Virus record (IMG/VR): IMGVR_UViG_3300037478_000320
Span: 1-54,218 of that record
Strand: one strand, 5' to 3'
DNA: 54,218 nt
From: a virus
Taxonomy: Duplodnaviria; Caudoviricetes
Shown: positions 9,053 through 18,474 of the stretch, in pieces
Position numbering within the stretch: the first letter of the stretch is position 1
Layout: each line of letters starts with the position of its first letter
Position numbers and translations under genes: made by a program
The notes under the pieces: model-generated
Databases searched by the model: none
Told to the model about the DNA's origin: nothing
Seen by the model: only the letters and a program-made list of their open reading frames with translations

Positions 9053-10578
9053 TCTTCACCGGCAGGCTCTTTGTCCGGGGGACCGTCGCCGCCGGCGCCC
9101 TTGGCGGCCTTCGCCGACTCGATCGACTGGCGGAGGGCGAGCTCCTCAGCTTCCTTCGCCTCCTGCTCGAGTCGCTCGCGCTCGGCAAAGTCGACCGAGG
9201 TCTCGAAGGAATAGTGATCGGTGCCGAAGCGGCTCCGGGCGCAGTCCTCGGGGGAGTAGACCATTTGACCGATGTAGATTTCATCGGTCTTCGCCTGGTT
9301 CAGGCGAGCGACGCTCTTGTCGAGATTGCTTTCCTGCCACAGCGGGCGGTGCTCGATCGTCCACTTCTCCGGCGTGAGCTTCAGAGCATGCAGTGCGATC
9401 TCGACCAGCCGCTTGACCGCCGGGGTCAGCTTCTTTTTCTGCATCGCCCCGACGCGGTCATAGAAGAATCGGATGTCGCTCTCGCCGGTGGCGTTCATTC
9501 CGCTCGGGGGCTGACCCATGAGAAGGGTTAGCGGCATGTCCGCTGCGGCGGCGAGCATTGCGGAGAACCGGTCGAGCATCTCTGGCATCCCGGTGATTGG
9601 GGTCTGCTGTCGTCCGAACTCGTCTTCGGCGTCGATGATGACGGCGCGGGCGAAGCTGCGCGATAGTTCGACGGCCTTCGTACGAACCTTGATCTCGTCG
9701 TCGCGGTCCTCCGCCATCGCTGCGCCGAGTCCACTGATCTTGTAGACTGCTTGCGCGAAGTCGTTCAGGAGGACGGCGGCGGCGTCGAAGCCCATGCCGT
9801 GGTCGACGAGAATCCTGTAGACGCGGGACAGGACCGATCCGCCCCAACCGTTCTCTCCCTGCGCGTGGTCGTGTCTCGAGACCCTGATGCCGTTGAACGC
9901 GATCAGACGGGACTCGTGGACGTAGAGCAGCTCGGGGGCGCTGTCGCCGCTCGAGCTCGGCCCCTTGGCGCTGGTGTTGATCTGGTAGATTTCAGGCTTG
10001 CCAAACTTCGGGGCGCGCGGATCGTTGTACCAGTATTGAGGATAGATTTCGTGGGGCTCGAACGTGGTGAGCCAGTCGAGTGATCGGACACGCTCGGGGA
10101 TAAGCGGCACCGACAGATCACGGTGGTCGGTGACTCCAATAAGGATCGCGCCCCCACCGTACGCGCGCTCGTAACTCAGACCCTCATGTAGCGCTTCGCA
10201 GGCTCCGATCTCATCGAGCAAGGTCTCGACCTGCTCCTGTTGCTCTTTGACGTCCTCGGCATCGCCCGCGAAGACGACGTCGAAGCCCTCGCGGAGCATC
10301 TCGTTTGGCCACGTCTCGACGATGCGGGCGGCGAGCGGGTTACCGAGCCAGAGATCCTGGGCCTCCTGTCGGTCGACGGCGCAGTGCCGGAAGTCGGAGG
10401 CGGTCCTCTTGTCGTAGCCGATGGTCCCGACCCCGGTCAGGGCGTTGACCCATCCGTCTCGGCGATCGCTGTCGGTTCTCTTATTAGAGGTGGATTTCCG
10501 CGGTCGACCGGGCCCGCCGGGGTTGCCCTTGGCGAAGCGTCCGTTTTTCTGACGGTCCTCCGCCGTTTTTCGAGCCAT
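9049..10578 (-). CDS. Portal protein (DUF1073 family)
   Basis: 509 aa; R.YGG..I, P.FG.P..Y, HESR, P.T.L.GQ.P.G.NATGESD...YD motifs. Confidence 0.9.
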   Translation of the reverse strand: MARKTAEDRQKNGRFAKGNPGGPGRPRKSTSNKRTDSDRRDGWVNALTGVGTIGYDKRTASDFRHCAVDRQEAQDLWLGNPLAARIVETWPNEMLREGFDVVFAGDAEDVKEQQEQVETLLDEIGACEALHEGLSYERAYGGGAILIGVTDHRDLSVPLIPERVRSLDWLTTFEPHEIYPQYWYNDPRAPKFGKPEIYQINTSAKGPSSSGDSAPELLYVHESRLIAFNGIRVSRHDHAQGENGWGGSVLSRVYRILVDHGMGFDAAAVLLNDFAQAVYKISGLGAAMAEDRDDEIKVRTKAVELSRSFARAVIIDAEDEFGRQQTPITGMPEMLDRFSAMLAAAADMPLTLLMGQPPSGMNATGESDIRFFYDRVGAMQKKKLTPAVKRLVEIALHALKLTPEKWTIEHRPLWQESNLDKSVARLNQAKTDEIYIGQMVYSPEDCARSRFGTDHYSFETSVDFAERERLEQEAKEAEELALRQSIESAKAAKGAGGDGPPDKEPAGEE

Positions 10579-10637
10579 GCAAGATCAGTACCAGAGATCG
10601 GGGGAATAGTTCAGGGCGCCTCTGCGTCATACAGAGC

Positions 10638-10835
10638 ATGAGTAAAGGTGGCGCAAGGTTGGGAGCCGGCCGGAAGCGGAAGGCTGACGCCCGTACAATG
10701 GTCCTGCAGGTCCGGCTATCCCGTGCGGAGCTCGAATCCGTCAGAGAAACGGCCAAAGCCCACGGGATGACCCCTTCTGACCTTGTTCGTACGGCTTTGG
10801 GGCTTCGGACGTCGTTCGCTCCGGTCGATTTCTGA
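10638..10835 (+). CDS. Small ribbon-helix-helix-type DNA-binding protein
   Basis: GGAR.GAGRK leader followed by VRLS..E......A...G.T.SD.VR. Confidence 0.65.
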   Translation: MSKGGARLGAGRKRKADARTMVLQVRLSRAELESVRETAKAHGMTPSDLVRTALGLRTSFAPVDF

Positions 10836-10879
10836 CGTTTTCGCTTGCGGTCCCGGATTGCGTGGGTATACTGAGAAAT
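10829..10879 (+). promoter_or_regulatory. Repeated sigma70-like leaderless promoter cassette, copy 1
   Basis: TTCTGACG, then TTGCGG (10845-50), N16, TATACT (10867-72), 7 nt, ATG; five similar copies in the window. Confidence 0.75.
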
Positions 10880-11080
10880 ATGGACAGCGCAGCAACCGCC
10901 CACGACTTTGAGACCTGGCAGACGAAAGCCTACAAGATGACGATCGATCAGCTTGGTTACGCGATTCACGACTGCTACAGCGCCGCCCGCGCGATGCGCG
11001 ATCACAACCCAGTCCGCGAGGGTCGTTACATGGATGAGGCCGCCACCTATCGCACCGAGATGAACCGGAGGACCCGCTAA
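10880..11080 (+). CDS. Small hypothetical protein (66 aa)
   Basis: ATG 7 nt after the -10 box; stop overlaps the next start. Confidence 0.65.
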   Translation: MDSAATAHDFETWQTKAYKMTIDQLGYAIHDCYSAARAMRDHNPVREGRYMDEAATYRTEMNRRTR

Positions 11081-12141
11081 TGCTCGACAAGGTCATCGAC
11101 GCCGCTCGCGCAGCTGGCGCAGCCGGCGAGACGTGGTACCAGTTCCAGGTTGATGATGCGTTGCAGCGGTGGATCGACGAAGTCGGCCGCGATGGTTACG
11201 ACTCGGGGATCAGACATATCGAGGCAGCCTTCGAGGCGGGCGCGGCGGAACAGCGTAAGTTAAATGGTTGGGTCGAGCGTTTCACGACCGCGCCCGCGGA
11301 CTACGACACGTTCGGAACACTCCATCTCCGCGACGCCGGTGACTGGAACGGGAAGGCTCTCCGAGTCGTGATCATCGATCCTGTACACCTGAACTTTCAA
11401 GAGATGCGTTATGGGTCGGGTCTACACGGGTCGTGGGTTGAAGACCCTCGAGAAGTGGAGCGCGCCAGAAAAGAGGCGTTCACCCGTCGAATCGCCGAGC
11501 AGAAAGCTGACGAAGAACGCCGATCCTCTGGTCTGAAGTGGCTCCGAACCGCCACCGAAGACGAGATCCGAGACGCCCACACCGTTGACGAGCTTAACCC
11601 TCGAGGGCTTCAATGGAGCGACGCAAAAGCCGAACTCGAGCGACGGAAGCAAGAGATCGAGGACCTCGATCGGGAGCGCCGGCTAGCGCGTTGTCGGGAG
11701 ATCGTCAAAGACGGGATGAACATCGTCGAGCCTAGACGCGAGCCCCAAAGGGTCGACGACATCCTAGGAGGCTACGTGACGAAACGCCGCGAGTCCCGAG
11801 TCTACTACTCGATCCGAATCGGCTACGGGAACGACCCAGAGGAGATTCAGGTTAGTGCCGATGGCGGTGAAGGTCCAGGCACTCTTGCAGATGTAGCGAG
11901 AGCTATCGACAGCGGTGAATACCAGATCGGGGGAGATGACTTGCCGCCGCGCCCGGTACTCGATCGCATCGGTCATAGCCGCTTGCGTGACGTCACGAGC
12001 CACTGCATCGCAGATCAGACGGTGTGGGTAGGCGCCGCCATCTTCGCTTCCCCTATGGTCCTCAACGAGAAGGGTCACAAGGTACGAAAGAAATCGGTCG
12101 TGGACGGGGCTCTGTCGGCTCACTGGAAGGTGTCTTCATGA
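11080..12141 (+). CDS. Hypothetical protein (353 aa)
   Basis: Long ORF, translationally coupled (TAATG); no motif recognised. Confidence 0.7.
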   Translation: MLDKVIDAARAAGAAGETWYQFQVDDALQRWIDEVGRDGYDSGIRHIEAAFEAGAAEQRKLNGWVERFTTAPADYDTFGTLHLRDAGDWNGKALRVVIIDPVHLNFQEMRYGSGLHGSWVEDPREVERARKEAFTRRIAEQKADEERRSSGLKWLRTATEDEIRDAHTVDELNPRGLQWSDAKAELERRKQEIEDLDRERRLARCREIVKDGMNIVEPRREPQRVDDILGGYVTKRRESRVYYSIRIGYGNDPEEIQVSADGGEGPGTLADVARAIDSGEYQIGGDDLPPRPVLDRIGHSRLRDVTSHCIADQTVWVGAAIFASPMVLNEKGHKVRKKSVVDGALSAHWKVSS

Positions 12142-12265
12142 TCATCCCGATCGAAGGCTTCCTCTTCGACCTCGAGGACCCCGACGAGCTTGAGCTGGTC
12201 TGGGAGCTCGCGGAGGGCGGGAGAGTCGACCTCGACGGTGAACCCCGGTATACTGAGAACGTCGC

Positions 12266-12640
12266 ATGAACAAACGACAAAAGTCGGAGATCTTCAAGTT
12301 TCTGGGCTGGGGGCCTCAATCAGCATTCGCGGTAGCGTGCTGGCTCAATGGATCCGACACCGCCTTCAGGGACGAGTCCCACCTAGAGACCCTCGCGTAC
12401 CTCACATCACTAGAGGCGGTCGGAGAGCTCGAGAGGGACGCTCAGGGGCGCTGGTGTCTCCCGCGCGAGCCCGGGAGCCCCGGGCGCCCCCGCGGGCGCG
12501 GTGCCGGCGTGCGCGACCATACGATCCCCGTCAAGGTCACCGCCGCGGAGATCAAGCGATGGAAGGCGGCGGCGAAGACCTCGGGCGAGAGCCTATCGGC
12601 GTGGCTGCGGTCGGCGCTCGATGATGCGGCGCAGTCATGA
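12266..12640 (+). CDS. DNA-binding protein with C-terminal RHH-like domain
   Basis: GRPRG followed by IPVKVTAAEIKRWKAAA...G.SLSAWLRSALD; partial promoter copy GGTATACTGAGAA at 12247-12259. Confidence 0.6.
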   Translation: MNKRQKSEIFKFLGWGPQSAFAVACWLNGSDTAFRDESHLETLAYLTSLEAVGELERDAQGRWCLPREPGSPGRPRGRGAGVRDHTIPVKVTAAEIKRWKAAAKTSGESLSAWLRSALDDAAQS

Positions 12641-12825
12641 TGGTGTGTCGCTGTGGTGAAAAGATGAGCCTGCTGTTCGCCTGGGATGATGCTCAGGAGA
12701 CAGACCACGCATTCAACGTCTACGGCTGCGACAGCTGCGGTCGGGTCTGTAAGCACGACGTTTGGAACGACGCCGGGGAGATTTGGCTGTGTTTGGAAGG
12801 TGTGGAGGTACTAAGATCCGCCTAA
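12637..12825 (+). CDS. Small zinc-ribbon protein
   Basis: CRCG...CDSCG; ATGA overlap with the previous gene. Confidence 0.55.
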   Translation: MMVCRCGEKMSLLFAWDDAQETDHAFNVYGCDSCGRVCKHDVWNDAGEIWLCLEGVEVLRSA

Positions 12826-12845
12826 GACCTGCAGTGGGTTAAGCA

Positions 12846-12898
12846 TTTTTCTGACGTTTTCGCTTGCGCGCACGGATTTAGTGGGTATACTGAGAATT
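12846..12898 (+). promoter_or_regulatory. Repeated promoter cassette, copy 2
   Basis: TTTTCTGACGTTTTCGC-TTGCGC-N16-TATACT-GAGAATT-ATG. Confidence 0.75.
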
Positions 12899-13093
12899 AT
12901 GAACAACACGAACAACGCCGCCACCCCCAACAAATGCGACATCTGCCCCCGCCCGTCGCACTGCACCGATCACTCCTCAGACGGTGAAGCGTTCCACGCC
13001 TGTATGGATCACGTCCAACACCTCGAGGTGTGGATCCTCGATTACGAGTGCGAGGGTCGATCCCTCGACGGCGACCTTTCGCGGCTCGACTAG
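12899..13093 (+). CDS. Small Cys/His protein, paralog of 16469-16666
   Basis: Shared pattern CD.CPR..H......DGE.FHACMDH......WI.DY. Confidence 0.7.
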   Translation: MNNTNNAATPNKCDICPRPSHCTDHSSDGEAFHACMDHVQHLEVWILDYECEGRSLDGDLSRLD

Positions 13094-13136
13094 GAGCCGC
13101 CGCTGGCTGCGGTCGGCGCATCATCGATGCGTCGAC

Positions 13137-15134
13137 CTAAAGCTTAGTCCGCTGCAGGGCGCGCTCACCGCGCAAGTAAGACAGCCCCATCGAAAGGCTG
13201 TCGACCTGGTCATCGTGCGAGCCATTGGGGAAGATCGCGGTCTCGTGGATGAAGTCATCGAGCCAGGGCGCGGCCATCGGCAACAAAACGTTCCCGCCCT
13301 CGACGATACCCACCACGGAGAACGCGCGGGACTCCTTCGAGACCCCCTTCGGATCCCAGTCAATAATCCCCGACAGGTCGACCCGGAGCTCCACGATCAC
13401 GTCGGAGCCGGCTGCCTTGTCCTCGATGACTAGAGTCGACTTCGGATACTTCTCGCGAAGCTTCCGAATCGTTTTCTTCATGTCGAGGATGTCCATCGGC
13501 TTCGTGATGTTGTCGAGGATGTAGCGGTTCGGCCCGCACTCCCCAATGACAAGCATTGAAGTCCTCGATCCTGTGACTGTCTTTTTTGCGGAGCAGTCGA
13601 CGGGGATTATGATCCGGCGGAACGTTGGTAGCGGCTTTCCGGGGTCGTAGTAACGCCACCAAGATTTCTTGAACATCCCACCTTCCGCCGGCGCGGGTCG
13701 CTGCTGATGCTGACCTGCGAAGTAGTAGGATCCTTTCGCCTTCTCCTCGGTGAGCGTCTTGCCTCCCAAGCGGGCAGGGTGAAGGAGCTCCCCGGGCTCG
13801 CGGTGATCGTACTTGCCGAGGATGCTCGACTCGTTCCGGCAGTCCTCGCACTTACAAGCCAGCTTGTTCGAGGGCTGACCGAGCGACGGCTCGAACTCCG
13901 TCGGCAGACGAACGTGTCTCCACGTGCTCTGCGCCAGGACGTGACCGGCCCAGTCCTCTTCGTGGAGTCGCTGCATGATTCCGATGCGGAGACAGCGCTT
14001 CCTCGAGTTCACGCGGTTCTCGATCGCGGTGTCCCACTTATCGTTGACACCGGTTCGGATCAGCTCGCTATTGGCTTCCTTGGCGTCGAGGGGGTCGTCG
14101 ATGATGATGATGTCCGAGCCCTCGCCGGTGATCTTCTCGTTCGTGGTGGCGCTGTGGCGCTCGCCTCCGACTGAGTTCTGATAGAGCTCGATGGCGTCGA
14201 TGTCCGGGCGGATCTTCCACGCCGGATCGAAAGCTTGCTGGTACCACTCCGAAGAGATCAGGTCGCGACTCGCGCGGGCGGCCTTAGTTCTGACCTTGCC
14301 GTTACCTGAGAGGTATCGGATTTTGATGCTCGGATCGTGGAGCCAGAGCCACGCCGGGAAGAAAACGCCGCAAATCTCGGTTTTCAGGGACCGCGGAGGG
14401 ACGTTGATCAGAAGATTCTTGTCTTCGAGCTCGTATGTCTCTTCGTTCTCAGGATCCCGGAGCGCTTTGTCTCTGACGTCGAGAAGTTTGAACGCGAGGA
14501 ACTGGAGATGGTCGCAGATCGTTTTTAGATGCCAGTTCCAAGACAGCGGCTCACCGGGGTGGATTGTCTCCCATGCCTGGCGCACGAACTCGTGGAGATT
14601 CTTCTTGGCCTCCGGTCCGCGTCGCTGTGCCTTGGCAAACTTGATTCTCTTGAGCCGGTCGGCGAGTTTCCTGCGCTTCGCCGCTTGGATTCTCTCGAGT
14701 CGGGCCTCGAGGTCTTCGGGGCGTTTGGTCAGAACTCTTGCCGCGGTCCGGTCTCGCTCTGACGACTCCTCGTTCTCGGGCTTGGTGTCGCGGTCGACGA
14801 CGGCTTTGATTTTGCCGTGACACTCGGTCCCGTAGCGCTGGATCCGTGAATCTGACGGCTCGACGTAGCAAGCCGAGCAGTGGGGATCGTCGCGAAACCT
14901 AGATCCACACTTCGGACACTGCTCTGACGGCTCGTGTATGACGCTTTTCTCTGGTTCTGGATCTGATCTAACTTGTGACACGGATTTCATAGACGGATCA
15001 AATCGATCGTCGGCGATGACCGCGCGCCTGGGGGCGCCACCCCCCACCCCCGGGTCCGCCGCCGCGATCGGGGGGGAGGGGCAGATCGGGCACGAGCCGA
15101 CCTTTCTCACTAGCAGCGCGTGTGTGCAGCCCAC
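13137..15134 (-). CDS. terL: Terminase large subunit
   Basis: Walker A variant LLINVPPRSLKT, Walker B IIIIDDP, IMQRLHE.D, QQ.P, and nuclease motifs IEDKA.G and HDDQVD; true start may be downstream of 15134. Confidence 0.92.
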   Translation of the reverse strand: MGCTHALLVRKVGSCPICPSPPIAAADPGVGGGAPRRAVIADDRFDPSMKSVSQVRSDPEPEKSVIHEPSEQCPKCGSRFRDDPHCSACYVEPSDSRIQRYGTECHGKIKAVVDRDTKPENEESSERDRTAARVLTKRPEDLEARLERIQAAKRRKLADRLKRIKFAKAQRRGPEAKKNLHEFVRQAWETIHPGEPLSWNWHLKTICDHLQFLAFKLLDVRDKALRDPENEETYELEDKNLLINVPPRSLKTEICGVFFPAWLWLHDPSIKIRYLSGNGKVRTKAARASRDLISSEWYQQAFDPAWKIRPDIDAIELYQNSVGGERHSATTNEKITGEGSDIIIIDDPLDAKEANSELIRTGVNDKWDTAIENRVNSRKRCLRIGIMQRLHEEDWAGHVLAQSTWRHVRLPTEFEPSLGQPSNKLACKCEDCRNESSILGKYDHREPGELLHPARLGGKTLTEEKAKGSYYFAGQHQQRPAPAEGGMFKKSWWRYYDPGKPLPTFRRIIIPVDCSAKKTVTGSRTSMLVIGECGPNRYILDNITKPMDILDMKKTIRKLREKYPKSTLVIEDKAAGSDVIVELRVDLSGIIDWDPKGVSKESRAFSVVGIVEGGNVLLPMAAPWLDDFIHETAIFPNGSHDDQVDSLSMGLSYLRGERALQRTKL

Positions 15135-15790
15135 TATGGCCTTGCTTCCTTCGCTCGTCGCCTCGCCATGGACACTGTGCAGCCAAGCTCGTCGGCGATG
15201 GTCTTCCAGCTACATCCCTGCTGACGCATGTCGCGCACGTCATCGGCGCTTGGCCCCTTGCCCTTAGGCCTCCCTAGCGTCTTTCCTTTGGCCCTTGCGC
15301 GCTCGAGGCCCAACATGGTGCGCTCCCTGATCAGATCGCGCTCAAACTCCGCCACAGCCGCTAGCACGCCCAGGAGAAGCCTCGACATGGCATCGCCACC
15401 GGGCTTGACGTCGAGCCCTTGAGTGACAGCGACGAAGCGAACGCCGGCGCTGGCGAGAGACTCGATGTTCGCCAGGACGTCGAGCGAGCTCCGGCCGAAG
15501 CGATCGAGCTTCCATACCGCCACAGCGTCGATTTCACCCTTCCTGGCGGCCTCGAGGACGCGCTGTAGCCCCGGCCGTCCGTTCCAGGCGCCACTAGCGG
15601 TCTCAGTCACGTCGAGCGCTACGGAGCCGCCCTGTCGCTCTGCCCATCCCTCGAGCTCATTTCGTGCGAGCTCAGGATCCTGGTCGAGGGTCGACACGCG
15701 GTGGTAAATCCCGACGCGAAGCCCTGTCGAAATCGGGGCGTCAGAGACGCTAAAGCTAAGCGTGCGAGAGGTGGGGATTGAATTGCGCAT
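15134..15790 (-). CDS. Serine recombinase (resolvase/invertase) with C-terminal HTH
   Basis: Y.RVST..Q, SG....RPGL, KLDRFGRS, AEFER.LIRERT..GL..AR..G..LGRP. Confidence 0.93.
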   Translation of the reverse strand: MRNSIPTSRTLSFSVSDAPISTGLRVGIYHRVSTLDQDPELARNELEGWAERQGGSVALDVTETASGAWNGRPGLQRVLEAARKGEIDAVAVWKLDRFGRSSLDVLANIESLASAGVRFVAVTQGLDVKPGGDAMSRLLLGVLAAVAEFERDLIRERTMLGLERARAKGKTLGRPKGKGPSADDVRDMRQQGCSWKTIADELGCTVSMARRRAKEARP

Positions 15791-15829
15791 GGATCGAGTA
15801 TGCTGGAACCAACCGTTATCGACAACCCC

Positions 15830-16336
15830 TCAAGGCTTCCGCTTCGCCTTCTTTTTGGCGAAGGCGATGTCTCGGTTGCGCTGCTTCTCGGCGGCCTCGA
15901 GGTCGGCGAGCGTGAGGGTTCGTGGCGCCGGCGCGGGCAGCGCCTTTGGCTCTTCGATCACCTCGACGTCGATGATCTCCCCGGAGAGCTCGGCGCGGGT
16001 GCGAGCCTCTTCGGCTTCGAGCTCCTCGAGGGACAGTCCGTCGAACTCGGCGTCGACCTGGGCGACTTCGATGACCTGTGCTGGCTTCTTGAAGCCGCGC
16101 TCGGCGAGCCACGTGGCGGCGGCAACTCTGATCTGCTCGGAGTGGCTCTCGAACACGAGCCGGTTCATCTCCATCACGAGTGCGTGCTGATCCGTGTATT
16201 TACGAATCGTCTCGGCCAGCGAGGTCGTGGAGCGAGGGCGTCCGCGGGGGTTTCCCGACTGCCCTTTGCCGAACTGTCCCGCGTGACGCTTGCGCCCTAG
16301 GCTATCCAGGTGCGCGTTTTCACTCTCATTTTTCAC
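15830..16336 (-). CDS. terS: Terminase small subunit (DUF5681-like N-terminus)
   Basis: F.KGQSGNP.GRP motif; helical body; upstream of terL. Confidence 0.7.
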   Translation of the reverse strand: MKNESENAHLDSLGRKRHAGQFGKGQSGNPRGRPRSTTSLAETIRKYTDQHALVMEMNRLVFESHSEQIRVAAATWLAERGFKKPAQVIEVAQVDAEFDGLSLEELEAEEARTRAELSGEIIDVEVIEEPKALPAPAPRTLTLADLEAAEKQRNRDIAFAKKKAKRKP

Positions 16337-16468
16337 TATTAGACAGAGTCTAACACCGAACGATCATTCAGTAAATCGCCGCATTCTCGAATGATCGTTC
16401 GTAATACGTCTGGACGGTGTTTAAAACGATCGCCCGATCCCTGTTCAAGGGACCGGGCGGCGGTGGTG

Positions 16469-16666
16469 CTACTCGTAGTTCAGGGCCGCTCGGGTGTCCG
16501 CCAGGGACTCTCCGAGGTAGTCGGCGATCCAGATGGCGATCTTATCGATGTGGTCCATGCAGGCGTGGAAGTCTTCGCCGTCGTCGGTGTACTCGACCGT
16601 GTGGGCGATGCGGGGGCAGACGTCGCAGAGGGTTCGGTTCGTTTTGCTGTTCGGCGTGTTCATCAT
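16469..16666 (-). CDS. Small Cys/His protein, paralog of 12899-13093
   Basis: CDVCPR...DGEDFHACMDH...WIADY. Confidence 0.7.
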   Translation of the reverse strand: MMNTPNSKTNRTLCDVCPRIAHTVEYTDDGEDFHACMDHIDKIAIWIADYLGESLADTRAALNYE

Positions 16667-16718
16667 GTTTCTCAGTATACCCGCTAATTCACGGGGCGCA
16701 AGGGAAATCGTCAGAAAA
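16667..16718 (-). promoter_or_regulatory. Repeated promoter cassette, copy 3
   Basis: Reverse strand reads TTTTCTGACG...CTTGCGC...GGGTATACTGAGAAAC-ATG. Confidence 0.75.
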
Positions 16719-16749
16719 GATCGGGTGGCATCTCCGAGGCCGCGTCATT

Positions 16750-17160
16750 TACTAAATGACTGTTGCCCGAACCGGACAACGGGCGTACGACAGACAACGT
16801 CTAAACGTATTACTCGAAGGAGGTTTCTGACGACGAACCGAAAAAATCAACCGAAGTGTGATCGAAGTCACGATTAGTCTTAAGAGTCTTAATAATCGTC
16901 CAACCATTGGAAACTATAGGAAAGGCGTGTTTTTCCTGCAAAAAAAGCAGACATCTAAGCACCGAGAATCATTCACTTGTCTTAAGACTGACCTATAATT
17001 GAAAACACTCGTCAAATACCCCGTCATACGTGCCTCTTCATACTGGGACAGATTATAAGGATTCGCCTTAGATTACGCTTATTTAACTGTCTTCGTTCTC
17101 TTAAGACTCTTAGGACCCAGAACGAAGGTCTGTCTTCATACTCTCACCCCCACCCCTATA
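16750..17160. other. AT-rich non-coding region with TCTTAAGA palindromes; candidate replication origin or packaging site
   Basis: Clearly the most AT-rich long non-coding stretch; TCTTAAGA near 16878, 16980 and 17098, with adjacent half sites. Confidence 0.5.
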
Positions 17161-17285
17161 GGGTGGGTGGTATGGAGACGGTCGAAGACGATCGAGACCA
17201 CGATCGGGTGAGTTTTTACCACAGGTTAATTTTCATGCGACCGGTCCCTCCGGAATTTTCTCTGACCTCAGTCCGTTTGAAGATC

Positions 17286-17570
17286 ATGCTCTCCGACATC
17301 GACATGGCGATCCTTGAGACCCTCGACGATACTCGCCGGCTACAACCAGATGACAAGCGACATATGACGCAGGCCGCCATTAGGACCAAGGTCAAAGGAA
17401 AGCAGGTGACGTTGGATGCTGCCTTGCACGACCTCTCCCGGCGCGGGCTGATCGCCCGGAAGATGAGGGGCGTCAAACCCGTCGGTTGGTTGATCACGGG
17501 GGCTGGACTCAGGTCGCTCGCCTATGCGCATTTTAGATTCTGGAATGTAGAACGCCGCCCGGCGCCCTGA
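17286..17570 (+). CDS. Stand-alone winged-helix protein, paralog of the primase-helicase C-terminus
   Basis: KRHMTQAAIRTKVKG...DL.RRGL.A....G.KPVGW.IT.AG shared with the end of ORF 42954-45080; start uncertain (17234 or 17286). Confidence 0.75.
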   Translation: MLSDIDMAILETLDDTRRLQPDDKRHMTQAAIRTKVKGKQVTLDAALHDLSRRGLIARKMRGVKPVGWLITGAGLRSLAYAHFRFWNVERRPAP

Positions 17571-17652
17571 GCGGCTCCCTAACGCAAGCGCGCCCGACCC
17601 CTTCCGAGGACCGGGCGCGAGTGCCGCACGCGCTTAGGAGCGAAGCCTGGGG

Positions 17653-18168
17653 CTAGAGGTCGTCGTCCTGGGCCTCGCTCAGCGGCGTGCCCTCGACTCG
17701 AGATAGCGTCTCAAGCAAGCACTGTCGCCTCGCGGTTAGTGCGTGTGATTGACTCCAGTGAGGATCGCTCTCGATTTTGATCAGCTCTCGTTTGACCCAA
17801 GGTCCAACCGGGCGAGGGCGCCCCCGACCTCCGCGGTGGTCGGAGGATTCTCCGCCGCTCCAGTTGGTGACGGCGCGCGCCCCCGGTTCGACGAACCCTG
17901 ATAGCTCGCGCGAGACGGCCCACGAGTCGCCCTTCGGGAGTTCTCCACGGACACACAAGGCGATGGCCCTCGCGACCTCGACAGGGTTTATATCTACGTC
18001 GGACAGGAGCTCACGACGGCTCTCGACGCGGTCCTCACGGAACACACGCACAGCCTGCTTGTCGAGGTCATAAGCCAGGATTTTACGACGGTCGCGACGC
18101 TTCCACTCAACCACCACGAGAATCCGACGGGGGGCGCCCTTGTAAGTAATCTCGGTTATCTTGTTCAT
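17653..18168 (-). CDS. Protein with N-terminal WYL-like domain
   Basis: I.Y....R.......LAYDLDKQAVRVFR.DR resembles the WYL C-terminal motif. Confidence 0.55.
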   Translation of the reverse strand: MNKITEITYKGAPRRILVVVEWKRRDRRKILAYDLDKQAVRVFREDRVESRRELLSDVDINPVEVARAIALCVRGELPKGDSWAVSRELSGFVEPGARAVTNWSGGESSDHRGGRGRPRPVGPWVKRELIKIESDPHWSQSHALTARRQCLLETLSRVEGTPLSEAQDDDL

Positions 18169-18275
18169 TTCTTCCTCCTCAGGTTACGGGTCTTGTCGTC
18201 GGACGTCCCAGGGCTCCACTCTAGGATAGCAGCGGCCCAGAAGTCATCGTCGGTCTCGTCTTGGCGTTTCATGAT

Positions 18276-18419
18276 TTAGCTCCGCCGAGCGGCGGCGAGT
18301 ATCAGGTCCGCACGATCCTTGTACGCCTGGGCGGTGTCGAGCATTCCGGCGGCGCGGGCGGCTCGCTCGGAGCGGCGGAGGGTGAGGTAGCGGGCTTCGG
18401 TGTTCGTCTTGCTGTCCAT
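18276..18419 (-). CDS. Small hypothetical protein (47 aa)
   Basis: Leaderless start directly behind promoter copy 4. Confidence 0.55.
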   Translation of the reverse strand: MDSKTNTEARYLTLRRSERAARAAGMLDTAQAYKDRADLILAAARRS

Positions 18420-18471
18420 AATTCTCAGTATACCCATCTTTTTAGGGAGCGCAAGGGGAAACGTCAGAAAA
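18420..18471 (-). promoter_or_regulatory. Repeated promoter cassette, copy 4
   Basis: Reverse strand reads TTTTCTGACGTTTCCCC-TTGCGC-N16-TATACT-GAGAATT-ATG. Confidence 0.75.
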
Positions 18472-18474
18472 ATC

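Noticed and set aside
9049-10578. Anti-CBASS Acb1 label sometimes attached to DUF1073 proteins
   Set aside because: Size, motifs and position before the gpF-like gene indicate a portal; no 2H phosphoesterase HxT motifs were noted
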